64,000 nt of DNA from Klebsormidium nitens (lineage: Eukaryota; Plantae; Klebsormidiophyceae), in NCBI GenBank assembly GCA_000708835.1, contig DF237419.1, forward strand, positions 8,782 to 72,781, written 5' to 3'. Position numbers and translations under genes: made by a program. Position 1 is the stretch's first letter, and every line of letters begins with the position of its first letter. Below are positions 23,501-34,716 of the stretch, piece after piece. The notes beneath the pieces are model-generated. The model saw only the letters and a list, made by a program, of their open reading frames with translations. It was not told the origin of the DNA and ran no database searches.

Positions 23501-26500
23501 CACTTCTACTTCTCTATTACTTTCATTTTCATTATCGAGCTGATTCCCAGAACGCCGCAGACCTTTTTGATTTAAATTCCCCGGTTGGTCTCCCCCAGGT
23601 ACTCCCTCGACGAGGGCATCAGCTGGTAGGTCTCCCAGTTTGCGGACTCCTGTGCTGGCCCTCACGTATTCGGCCAAACTGGGTTTATACATTCCGTTAC
23701 TTTCTCTTCCAAGCTAGTCCTTGGCCGTGCTGGTGCGCAGATGTTTGGTCACTGAGCCCGGGTCCCCGGTTGCTCTCCCCAGGTACTCCCTTGACGAGGG
23801 CATCAGCTGGGAGGTCTCCCAGTTCGCGGACTCCCCGATGGACGTGTTTAACATCCGGGTCGAGCCGGATAATGCGGCGCTCAAGTTTCTGATTCAGGGG
23901 AAGGATTCCAGCACCGGGGAGGGCCTCGTAGTTGCGGTGGATCTGAACAAAGTGACGAGCTACCGGTTTTGCAAACCGGACGACTACGAGTTCTGGACGC
24001 CGTGAGTGGGTGTCAGGTTTCGGGATGCATGATTACGGTGAAGGTGTAGGCTTGCAGCCTTTTTTATGAAGTTGGTTGCTGTGAAGGTCACGGTTTTGGG
24101 ATGCATTCGTTTGAATCTGGAGTTCTAGGCTTTGGTATTATTCACCAGATTGTGGACGCCGCGAGTATTTGTCAAGGTCTGAGATGCTTGATTCTGGCCC
24201 TCGCGGTCTACGTGTCGCGTCGCCGCTGGCGGTGACATGTTCAGCAACGGTCTCTTTCATGTATACAATTTGACGCGCCCTTCACTGAAGCTTGAATCTG
24301 CGTGCACCGCAGCTTGCATGACAGCTTTGGGTGTTTTGTCACTGTCCCCGTTTATGCCTGGCACATGCATACGGATGGTCGCCCCTTGCCCAGAAGAATC
24401 GAAGTTTCTCATTGAGGCAGAGAGACCATTTAGGGTCGTCGAACGCTCTGATCGATCTTTTGACAGCAGGAGTGTCGCCTCGCGCCCCTTGCAAGCTTAA
24501 GGTAGTGCTGTCTGGCCGCTCTCTTCGCTCACGTTTGTTGGTTGAACGGAGTACCGTGAGCGAGCCGCTTCAAAAGCACGAAAGCACCCACGATCATGAA
24601 ACGCGACACTTACATCTTGGATGTAATCATTACCACTCTCTCCGCAGCACGCTGGGCGGGCAGTGCCTGCTGGGCCAGATCCTGCGCATCCACCGCCAGA
24701 AGCCGCTCGTCAAGTGCTGGAACGGCGAGGCGTATGTGCGGCAGCCCACCTCTAGTTCCCCCTGCGCCTGCTCGGTGGCCGACTACCAGTGCGACTTTGG
24801 GACCGTGCGCGACGACCGGTTCATCATCGAGACGGACCGGGGGGTCTATCCCAAGTGCGTCAAGATCCCCGGGGTGGACCCGGGGCAGTGCCCCAGCGTG
24901 GCCGCGGGGGGGTACCGCTTCAGCGAGTGAGGAAATATCCGCATTTTAGGCTAGTTCTAAAAGGCGGGCATACTATAATATAAGACCAGGTGATGTAATT
25001 TCGGTACTCTGGGTTGGTTTGGGGCTTCGAGTTTTGGAAATTGAGTCTTACTCTATTTGAGGTCCTGAAGATGTTTGGGGCTTATGATTATGACGTGAGC
25101 CCATTGGAGAGTTTGTGGTTCTGCTGCTCTCGCTGTTGTGGACTGGTGAGTAAAAGGCCACGCCTCTTGTATAGTCGGGGGTTTTGAGTCTTGAGAAGTG
25201 GGGGTCGGGTTGGGCGTCGATTTGCTTTCGTTGCCGACTGAAACCGTCGAAGTTACGACCCCTTCCAAGCCGCATTCGACTAGCCGCCTTGAAATCTAAG
25301 CAGCCACTTTCTCCACAAACCTTCGAACCCGCTGTAGCTCAGCTTATACCAGGTAACGTGTACAACCCGCTTCGTCTCAAACTAGGCCGCCATGTCCTCT
25401 TTCTCGTCGTCACAGATAGTTATGAACTAATCAAACCTCGTGATTATAAGCTCATATTGCCTCATCTCCTCATCTCCATCTGACGTCATCTACCCCTCCC
25501 CTCCGCAGAACCCACCAGCGGCTCAACCCGGGCGACCCCTGCACGGATCCCCCCTTCGAGAGCGGCAAATTCGTAAACGGGGGGCCGATTCCGACCTCCA
25601 CTTCGTCGGAAGGGGGGGGTAGTTCGTGGCCGGCGCCCGCTTCGCGGAGGGGGGGCTTCCCGGGTTGGGCGACGGTCATTGTGGTGGTGCTAAGTGTTGC
25701 GTTGGTTGGAGGGGGGACGTTGACGATCATGATCCAGCAGGGACGGATACCCGACCGGTAAGAAGAGAGGCGATTCAAATTTGAGGTTGCGGTTCTGAAA
25801 TTATTGGACGAGTGCTTGTAACCGAGAGGTCTTTTTCGTTGTGGAATAATCTGCGACGAAGTGGGTTTGGATCGTACCGTGTGGTTGTTGCTAGATTAGT
25901 AAGACCCTGCGGATGTTGGGAAGACCCCCAGATCGCCGGGAAGCAACATCTTCATCGGCTTTGCCTTTTGGGTTGCTGTCTGGCAGACTGATCTTTCGTG
26001 AGGCTTCGAACGGAGCGGAAGGGCTTGAAAGAAAGGAAACCAGTCTTAACGGTCGAAGTAAGTGGAAGTAATTGCGTTTGCTTCGCTGTGGTTGCGGGGC
26101 TCGGGGAGACCGGTTGAGGTGTAGCCGGTTACGAGAAGCTTGCCTCGCTTTTGCTCCGCCTTTGCGAGCAAGCATCGGTGTCGTTTGTCCTTCAGGGCTT
26201 CTTTTTCTGCCAACGAACTACGCCTGGTAGGGTGGAACAACAATAGCCCTCTGGCGGATGCTTTTGGTTTGGAAAATGTCAGGGCGCAGTAATGCCAAGA
26301 CAGACCCGTGTGCCCGGTAGCCGATCAGGGCTTCTGGAAGTTGCTGAACGTGTCTTCTGCCTTCCGGTATTGACTAGAGTAGCCTGTTGCTGCAGGTGGT
26401 TGGAGCACATTCCGTTTATACAACGGCTCCGGTACGTCAACATGCGGAGCAACTTCCAGTCGCTTGCAGACGATTTCGGTTTCGATTTCGAGGATGCGGA

Positions 26501-26519
26501 CGAGGCACGTCCAGCATGA
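14561..26519 (+). CDS. VPS10: VPS10-domain (sortilin-like) vacuolar sorting receptor, many exons
   Basis: Signal peptide MTVKDVLRWRLPLLLAVTLGQCLTVKA (14561-14668). BNR/Asp-box repeats LWRSEDGGISW, HWITSDFGRMY, LFVTKDFGRTW, LFTSSDYGATF, TYVSGDAGRTW and YSLDEGISW. A 10CC-like Cys module lies at 24649-24926 (CLLGQ...KCWNG...CACSVADYQCDFG). TM WATVIVVVLSVALVGGGTLTIMI. The cytosolic tail carries YVNM (YxxPhi) and an acidic cluster DDFGFDFEDADE, with the stop at 26519. Several small 5' exons are uncertain. Confidence 0.88.
19621..19920 (+). repeat. Degenerate upstream duplicate (period 220 bp) of branch point, acceptor and first ~50 nt of a VPS10 exon
   Basis: 19621 ctaaccc...ccctcccaa|actctctgggcgaccaggactgcagcgcatcaaagccaacaacga vs 19841 ctaaccc...ttccccccag|actcgctgggcgagcagggttacagcgtggtcgaagcaaacaacga. 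The AG is mutated to AA in the copy. Confidence 0.8.
20108..20313. repeat. Two-copy 103-bp intronic tandem repeat
   Basis: ttgtttgaattgc(c/g)attt..tggatgtcag...cgtggtgacgtcattgag...ggctcatc at 20108 and 20211. Confidence 0.85.
20903..21103. mobile_element. MITE-like foldback element (~200 bp) with TA target-site duplication, in a VPS10 intron
   Basis: Left end TA|ctgcacattcgctcaaacctggccgcctgacccg matches the reverse complement of right end cgggtctggcggccaggtttgaccgaatgtgcaa|TA at 31/34 nt. Pairing continues inward (ccgatcgcagaa / ttctgcgatcgg). No coding capacity. Confidence 0.75.
22950..23835 (+). repeat. Five-copy ~200-bp tandem array of a 3' splice site plus exon start; only the last copy is the real VPS10 exon (23783-24001)
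   Basis: CCCCAG|G junctions at 22984, 23192, 23397, 23598 and 23782, each followed by a version of tactcccttgacgagggcatcagctgggaggtctcccagtt (most degenerate in copy 1). An internal caagcgcttc motif is shared by copies 1-3. Confidence 0.92.
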
Positions 26520-28095
26520 CTGTGCACTTTGTATATACGTTTCGTCGTCCGGCTCGCTCTTATAGAATGCTGTGTGCAGTGCCGTTGATTGGTTCGTGGA
26601 CACCTTCAATGTGTTGCATTTTGATCAAGCTGGTGTGCACACCCACTTCAAGTGCTGGCTGTTTTGAAACCTCCAAAGCGTCCTTCATATGAGAAAGTTG
26701 CACTTTTAAGGACATATGCATGCGTGCTGCGTAATGCCAACTCTGCCGGCAGCCGCTAGAATGGCGGAGCGTCCAGCTAACCCACATGGCGGCATGCAGG
26801 TGAGCTTATACCAAATGAAGTCAGCGAATCTTAAACTGGCAAGGTCAGCTGTTTTATGCACTTCATGCACATGGGCAATTCCATTTTTGGCTGCATGTGT
26901 GATGAAAGCGGCACACTGATGCCCGCGTTCAAGCCTTAATCAGGCTTTCATCTTACTCACCGCGGACGTGATTGAAGCGGCGCCGCCCCCGGAGCACCAA
27001 CCTGATGGCCACGCGGGGTAGCATATGTATCAAATTGCCCAGAGGCGCTGTTGGATATATTGCATGGGCCGCGGTACGCGTGCATGAACGCGTGCATCAT
27101 ATATAACGTTCAATCTCACATAGATTCATGCATGGATACATGCTGACTTTCGGGCGTTGTCAGACCCGTATCCGCATGATTGTATACGTGAGTCTATAGG
27201 CTTCTTAGTACATGCGCATATGTGGTGGTGACAGCTCATCCCGACCAATTTGATGGAAAGAGGCCGGCCGAAGTTATGGCAGTCCTCGAGTTGCATTCCA
27301 TTCCATTTGTGCCGCCACGTCATGGATCAAACGACAACGGGACGACTTGGCGGAATCGCATGAATTCAAATGCCGCCAAGTGCGTGACCTACTCCAGAAG
27401 GTGATTCACGAGAATCTGCTGGTCTGCTGACTTCACAGTTTTGCAATTTGACAGCTCTCATGTGCATGGTTCAATGAGCCTTCCCTCGATTGGGAGGGAC
27501 TGACCATTTGTGTTTTCCGAGCGCACTTTCAGACGGCCCGAGGACCCAAGTAGGCGTTCACAGCATTTGGCTTCTGCTTCACTCGTCATGATTGATGCCA
27601 ACAAAGTAGACTCATAGCAGTCAACGTTTTCTTTGAAGTGTACCTTGATCCCGCATACATCTCAAAAAGCAGCAACCACGTTCAGATCCAGTGATGATGT
27701 AACGAAACTTGCTGATTTCCTGCGGACACACAAATCTCAAAACGTTTTGTTTCACTCTGTCTTTTTCAGCCGTATCTAACAAAGTTGTTGAAGCTCAAAG
27801 CACCACGTTGTAGTACGTCAAGTCTGTCGAGCCCCTGCTCTAGACTCGCAAAAAGTTCAAGAGGGCCTAAAAAACGATTCTCATCAATGAACCGCATCAA
27901 GTTGGCAAGACCTGAGCTGTTTTTGATGAAACAGCGTCTTTATTGCCACAACGCGGCTGGCCCGAACTCACCCCATTCAGGTATGGGGCCACGACAGTAT
28001 TGAGGAACAGCTATTGATTCCTACCTCCAGCTTCCAGAGGTTGTCAACTTCGTCAAGTGATTGCCTTCCTCCTGACTCGTGTACCTTTCCAATGC

Positions 28096-28935
28096 CTAGA
28101 TGCTTGTGAGCCTTAGGAATGGATCGAAGACCGAGTAACCGGACCCGTCCTCTATCCACCATCGTGACGTCGTAGCATCCAACGCCTCAGCACAAACAGC
28201 GACGTGAACCCGGTACTCAGAAAGCATTTTTTTGTGCACATTTGGAAGAAGTCGGGTGCCTTTCTCAAGGAGGGACGCTGGATCGTTTCCTTTAGGCTCG
28301 GAGCTGCTTGACAAGATGACAACATCTAAGAAGATCTCCGACGACGAGGCTGTTGCTAGCTCTGCTTCACTTTGGGGGGTGACTTCCTTGAGCAGAGCCG
28401 TGATGCTGAACAAAGCCCTTTTATATACGGGAACCCCTGCGGTCTCCCCCCATAGAACTATTTTCTTATCTTTCCTCAGCAGGATCAGACAACCCGGAAA
28501 CTCGTCGACTGGCGGCTTGTGAACAAAAGGGCGGCGTCGACTAGCTCGGAAAAGTCTATGGTAGCCTCCAAACCTCGCCACAGCCGCATCAAGCTCAGGC
28601 GTGACAACTATCGAGCTCTCATGCGGACTCGATGCCCAGCCAAGAAAGGTAGCCCTCCAGAGGCCGAGGCAAAAGGACAGGAAGGTCTTGCTTATAATCG
28701 CGAGTGCGGAAAGAGATGGGGGATCCTGATCAGCGAGCTTTTGAAGAATGATGACAATCAACTCTTCGGGAAGCATTAGGATGAGACATGCTTCGTCTTC
28801 AACCTGGGGGTCGAATCCAGGCGTTACAGAGGGATTCCGCTCAGACAAACGCTCAGAAGCACCAGTGCTATAAGTAGGACATATCGTTTCAATCGTGGTT
28901 GGCTGCGCCAGCTCGTTCCTGGAGGTATGTTCCAT
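28096..28935 (-). CDS. Intronless F-box protein (279 aa)
   Basis: F-box motif LILMLPEELIVIILQKLA...SLSALAIISKTF..F...LWR. Single ORF. Confidence 0.75.
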   Translation of the reverse strand: MEHTSRNELAQPTTIETICPTYSTGASERLSERNPSVTPGFDPQVEDEACLILMLPEELIVIILQKLADQDPPSLSALAIISKTFLSFCLGLWRATFLGWASSPHESSIVVTPELDAAVARFGGYHRLFRASRRRPFVHKPPVDEFPGCLILLRKDKKIVLWGETAGVPVYKRALFSITALLKEVTPQSEAELATASSSEIFLDVVILSSSSEPKGNDPASLLEKGTRLLPNVHKKMLSEYRVHVAVCAEALDATTSRWWIEDGSGYSVFDPFLRLTSI

Positions 28936-29970
28936 CCTCTAACTTAACTCACAGATTGTCCAGATTGTCGTCTGAAGGCTTTGTTCAGACGGTGGATTGA
29001 TCAAGCGCAGCGGCCCCTTCGATCTTAACGATTCAGGAACTCAGTAATCTGCCGGGAGGTCAGCGTGCGAAACTCTTCGTCAAATGCACGCGGCGCGCAC
29101 GGCTCAGAACTATGCTCCCTCCAGTGCAGTTGTTGATTTTTCATACAAATGTGTGAGCTCGTCTACAGAGCGACTGCGCAGATATTTCAACAGATAGGGT
29201 ATGATGCGGTCTCAGAACGGGTTGATTAGGAGCGCTGGAAAGGCTTTTATGATTACCTTGCAGCAAGGACGACCTCAGGATTCTAACCTTTAAGGCTTCG
29301 CTGAGCCTCTTCACCTCTTGCCAATCTTATGAAGCTGGTTGAGAGGCTGCAACACAAATACTGTAGCTCTGTAGAAAGAGTTCAAAGCTGTGAGGTAGGC
29401 TGCTTCCACCGCATCAACCGCATGGACTTCAAACTAAAGCATACTATAAAAGCAGTGAGTCATGCGGGCGGGCGCGATGGTGACTCGGACACGGCCGGCG
29501 GCCGCGGCTGGGCGAAATCCGACTGAGTCATGGATTTGGCCCGGCCGCGGGGGTTTGGGGTTTGACGTGCGTCGCCGTGCGTGCGGAATCAAAGATCGGT
29601 TTCACGACTAAGCCTATTTAAGGGGTACATCACTTACATTGTACCTAAAGAATGCATGGCCTAGGTACGGTAGATGCATAAACCTGTAGATCTTAGTGGT
29701 ACCAACAGTACAGAGCTCCAGCAGAGTACTGCTTTGACCAAGACTTTCTGAGGAAGGCCCAGCGACAGGAGCTGTGCACGGCAAGGAGCGAGCAAGAAGA
29801 AGGCGACTTAAGCTGGAGAGCTCATCAAAAGCTTGAGGTTCCCCGGCGTCAGGGGCATTCCGTGACGTGCGAGCAACTTGCTGCCTCAGCCTAAGAAAGA
29901 GTTGAGGAAGCTCGGTGAGATACTTTGCAGATTGCAAGACGGGGTTGGGAAGTGGAAGTTAATCGGAGAG

Positions 29971-32900
29971 ATGGAGGGCAGCCCCATGGAGCTGACCAAG
30001 GAGTGGCTGCGCAAGTTCTGCAGGGAGCAGAAGCTGTATACGACGCCTTACCTCAACGACAAGCTGTACCTCCACTTCAAGGGCTTTGAACGCATCCAGA
30101 ATCTGGAGGAGTATACAGTGAGCTGGACCTAGATTTCCGCGGCTTTCTAGATGCCGCAGTCTGGCAATGCCCAGTTTGGCAATCTACTGCACCCTTGCAG
30201 ACCAACAGGAAACCTCCTTTCTGTCGCCACGTCCGGTGGAAGCACTTGTCAATGGCACCCCAAATGTATAATGTTAGCAAAACGGTATGTTTGTGCTGAG
30301 TAGGGTGGTTCTATGCCAGTTGCTGCGCTGTATGGGAGTTATGAGGGCATACCGTGCACAGAACCAGGTTGCAAGGTAAACAGGGGGCTGGATTCAGCAG
30401 CACCTGAGTTTGGAGACTTACATCACAATGTGCTTTCTGCTGGTTACCACCAGTGCTCATGGCAGCCCAATCCTCGGTGTAGCCACCAGTGGCTACACCC
30501 TCAAAACAATGCCTGGAATTTTGCACAACAAATGACTGAAGTCCCGCATTAGCTGTCAGTCAACCACCTTCTAGTGGTGGAAGCACCACCCTTTTACCAG
30601 ACCGATTCGATTGGTCTTGGGATCCACTGTGCAACAGAAGTATTTGTCAAAGGTCTTATCTTCATCTGGCGCTAGCCAGGTGCTAATGGAATTCGATACG
30701 TTGCATCCAGGGCCTGCGGTCGCTGTTCCTGGAGGGCAATGGCATCGACTCCCTGGCAGGCCTGGAGGCTCTGCGCGAGCTGCGATGCCTGTACGTCCAG
30801 CAGAACTGCATCGAAAGGATTGACCACCTGGAGAACCTGATAGAGCTGGACACAATCAACATCAGGTTAGTGACGGACCTGCAGTACTCGTGGTTTGGGG
30901 TTCTTTAGCAAGTGTCAGGCGCAGCCGCTAAATGCAAAGTGTTGACAAAGTGATTTGAATCTGGGTGAGCTTTCACTCCAAGTGTTTGGGACGATTGGAA
31001 CAATTCCGTCCTTTCGAATGTAATCTCACCCAGAATCACGAGAGCTCAGAAGTGGCGAGTGGACTCGTGAGATTTCGATCTGACGTAACTTCACCTCTGC
31101 TTCTGCACCGCATACAATTATCGATTCTACCACCCTTTTGAAGATTAATATGGCCCTGTCGAATTTTAGGCAGCTACAAGTGCGCACATCACGGTTCGCA
31201 GTTAAGGCATAAAAGTGCAACTGCTCTGGTGCTGAAGAACACAGCTACCTTACATCAAGTGTCTCCTTAATGCTTCCCACTTTACAACTTTCAATCCTAA
31301 TCAAAAATCCCCCTCTTCTTAAAGATAGCATGGCCCCTTCTCTATATGCAGCAACAACTCGGTACGGGTACTGGAGAATCTGAGCTGCCTCCCCAAGCTC
31401 CAGACCCTAATTGCTTCCAAGAACAGGTTCGACTCGGCAGAGGGCATTGCACACCTCAAAGAATGCCCGTCTATTAGGTGAGGCCCGCAGACTTGGGGTG
31501 CAAAACGAGCTGCGAGTTCGGTACATGAAATCACTAGACCAAGAAGGACTTCCTGTAAATCGAGTGTAAGACAGCTAGGATACAACGCCGGGAAGCGATG
31601 GCCTTTTGTGGGTAGTATCAAAGGTGGTGCCCTGTGCAGACAGAATTGAGAAGCTGCAAACTACAAGTGCGCTGAGGAACTTGAGAACTGCGTCTATCGA
31701 GAGCCAGCCAGCCCCATTATCCCCACGTTGACTGTTGGATATGGCGTCTGAACCAGGGTGCATCGAGGTCCGTCCACCTGCAACATCCATAAGCATGCAA
31801 TCGAGGATGCCATGCTTTCATTAAAGTTCGTACCAGAGGCTCTGTGTTAGCCATTCGGACTTGACAGATCAAGTTGCTTACTTGAGGACTCTTACCCACT
31901 TCTTGACAGTCGCTCGGCAGAGCGGGACGACGCATGCGTTTTGCAGACTAGTAGAATGGGAAATGTCAAAATCAGTCGCGTGCATGCGAGAGCACGTTGA
32001 ACCAACGCTGATCTTGTGTTGCAGCGTTCTCGACTTGTCCGAAAACAAGCTTGAGGACGGCCAGGGCGTTTTGGACGTCCTCAAAGCCATGCCCAAACTG
32101 CGGTGCGTCTACCTCAAGGGGAACCCCATGGTGTCAAAACTGCCCAACTACCGCAAGGTTGGTTGTTCTGACGCTGAGTGACAATTATCGACGATTGTGC
32201 GGATGCTCGGAAGGTTCTTTTTGGACAGACGCTGATGCGTCTGCATCATTATCCACCCACTTCCGTCGGACTTCGACTGATGAAGTCTGACCGAAATGAA
32301 GGCAACGAGGAGCAGCAGAGGCGTAGTGATACCTGGGATATTACGTCCGTTCGAAGAAGCAGGAAATGATTCCGGAAGAGAAACGGTCGTCAGATGATGT
32401 CAGGCAGAGGCCCAAACAAGAGAATTCTCCTCGGACATTCGGTAGCCTGCACCTTGTATGATTTCGGTGCAAGCTTCAGTAAGAGAGCTTCTGTGACCCT
32501 TGGCAGCAAAGCTTTGCTTGATGTTGGTGTCTTTGGTTTCCTGCCAGCCCGAGCGCTGGACCAGTGCAGAGATTGTGCAGAAAGAGGTTGCCAAGTAGTC
32601 GATGGGTGAAGCACAAGTTCAGAAGAGCACAAAGGCCACGTTAAAGTTGATATGTGGAGAAAACAGGGCGTTACGAGGTCGTGCTGAAACCGTTAGCTGT
32701 GCTGAGACATGGATGTTTCCGGCTAACATCAAACGCCTTTGGAAACATGGTACTGAACAGGAGATTCTTTAATGCATCAGGCTCTCATCGCGTCGCTTCC
32801 AAATCTCAAGTACCTTGACGACCGCCCGGTGTTCGACGCCGACCGCGCGTGCGCCGAAGCTTGGTAAGAACCCTTACATTCTGGATTGTCAGATGGTTTC

Positions 32901-34716
32901 AAGGCGCACGATGTCGGCTGGCTGTTTCACCTTTGTGCGGTTTCACATACGCGAGTCTCAGACTTCTGTTGTGTCGTGTGCAAGACGAAGATGGACTGGC
33001 GATTTTGGTTTCGGAAAAGAAGGGCAGAGCAGGGCTAGTGCAAGGCCTCGAAGTTTTTCGTAAGAAGCGCAGACACTGAGATCTTTGGTTCGGCCTCAGC
33101 CAAACCCTTTCAAAGCAACGAAAGCTTTTGAAAACTCATGAGAATACAGAGGTGCGAGGATGCGAGACAAACCTGCTTTCCAAACGCAGGGCTCGCGACG
33201 GCCTGCAAGGAGAGCGGGAAGCGCGAGCGCGACTGAGAGAGGAAGAGCGCTCACGAGAGGAGCGGAACTTCCGAGGTGAGACGGGGCAGATTTCTGCATA
33301 GCACTGATTCGGCTTGCAAGAACGTTGGAGGGGGATGTCCTTGCGCTAGAAATGTGGCGACCTGAGGTCCATCTTCTCTTGACTTGCTTCCACGAAGTGT
33401 TCAGGAGCGGCGAAACGTGGGTCTTTGATTTGCAGATCGGAGGTCTGAATTTTACAGAGCGGTAGCAAACTTGTCAAGGACATGCAAAAGTTGTCCTTAA
33501 GAACAACTGAAGGACAAGTCAAGTCGTTGAGACTGAGAAGATGCTGGGAACGCGGAAAAATAGCTCCATTTCCGATACTGCCCGACACGAAGTTTGGGTA
33601 CTGAAAACATACACGAAAAGAAGGCAGACAGCATAAAGAAGAGGGAAAATTTAACTTGAATGACAAGCAGAGGACAAGGAAACGGAAATGCAGTAGATTC
33701 TACCGGCTGGGAGCGAGACCCTCCTCCCTCCTCTCTGTAGCGATGAAGCAATGGCGGTCCCAAAGCTTCGCTGAGCGGCGCGTGTCGATGGGGCTGCCGC
33801 CGCTGGAGGACGAGGAGAGCGGCAGCGGAGACGACATGGAAACGGAACGGGAGCCGCCGGAACTTATCCGGGCGCGTGAGACGCTCGCGCACTACCCCGC
33901 GAGGTGGGCACCTGCCACGTGGCGGATAAGATTTTGACTTCGCATCGCCCACCCTTTACTTGGACAGGAAGGCTCAAATGAGGAACTCGTAAACTTAGGT
34001 TACGTTGAAAGCGGCAAGCAAGTGGGCAGCGGACGTCAGAGAAGCTCGAGTGCGCTGGTTTTAGCCGTCCGTCCTCGGTGCTCGATATCAGATCCTCGGT
34101 AAGCACTACGAGAATTCGACGGTCGCTTCAGCGGACAGTTCATCAAATGTTACAGCCGATAGTCCATGGTTCCCTTACTCCGTTACACTTCGCCCATTGG
34201 CTTTTTCGCTGCTCTCACTTCTGACGCGCGCTCTACTTTCTTTCCAGACTAGGGGAGGAAGAGCCCCCCGAGCTGACGAACGCGCGCGCGGCAGTGCGCG
34301 CGAGCGACTCCCCGACCAGCGTCGCCATGGAAGGCGCCAAGGCGACCGGGTTCGGCGGAGAAGCGAGCGAACAAAACAGCGGGCGCACCTCACCCGAGCC
34401 GGGGATCCGGTCGGAGATGGCAACCGAGCCTGAAGCTCAAATCGATTTGTCCCCGGGGGGTGCGACTGGGGCGGACATGGTCGTCGAAGAAGCTCGCCTC
34501 GGCCCCGGGTCGTTGGACGAGCGAGCGGATGTACCGGACGAGGAAGCGTCCGGAACTGAGCAAGCGTCCGAAGGGGACAGAGCGTCCGAATGGCTTGATG
34601 AGGGCGAAGATGCTTTTGGGCCATTCGTTGGCACGGCCGGGCACATTGAGGGCATGGAAGTAGCCAGTTTCGTCGCTCTGGACGAGGACGAGTTGGATCT
34701 GAACGATCTGGATTGA
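29971..34716 (+). CDS. DNAAF1: Dynein axonemal assembly factor 1 (LRRC50/ODA7), SDS22-type LRR protein
   Basis: Spliced product [44 protein letters not shown]|[12 protein letters not shown]...[15 protein letters not shown]...|[19 protein letters not shown]...|[11 protein letters not shown]...[20 protein letters not shown]|[28 protein letters not shown]. This is the ODA7/DNAAF1 signature. The acidic tail ends [11 protein letters not shown]. Confidence 0.9.

Noticed and set aside
33020-33210. Possible fifth ghost acceptor in DNAAF1 (gcag|ggctagtgcaaggcct vs gcag|ggctcgcgacggcct)
   Set aside because: The similarity is short and the upstream copy lacks a pyrimidine tract; not distinguishable from chance.
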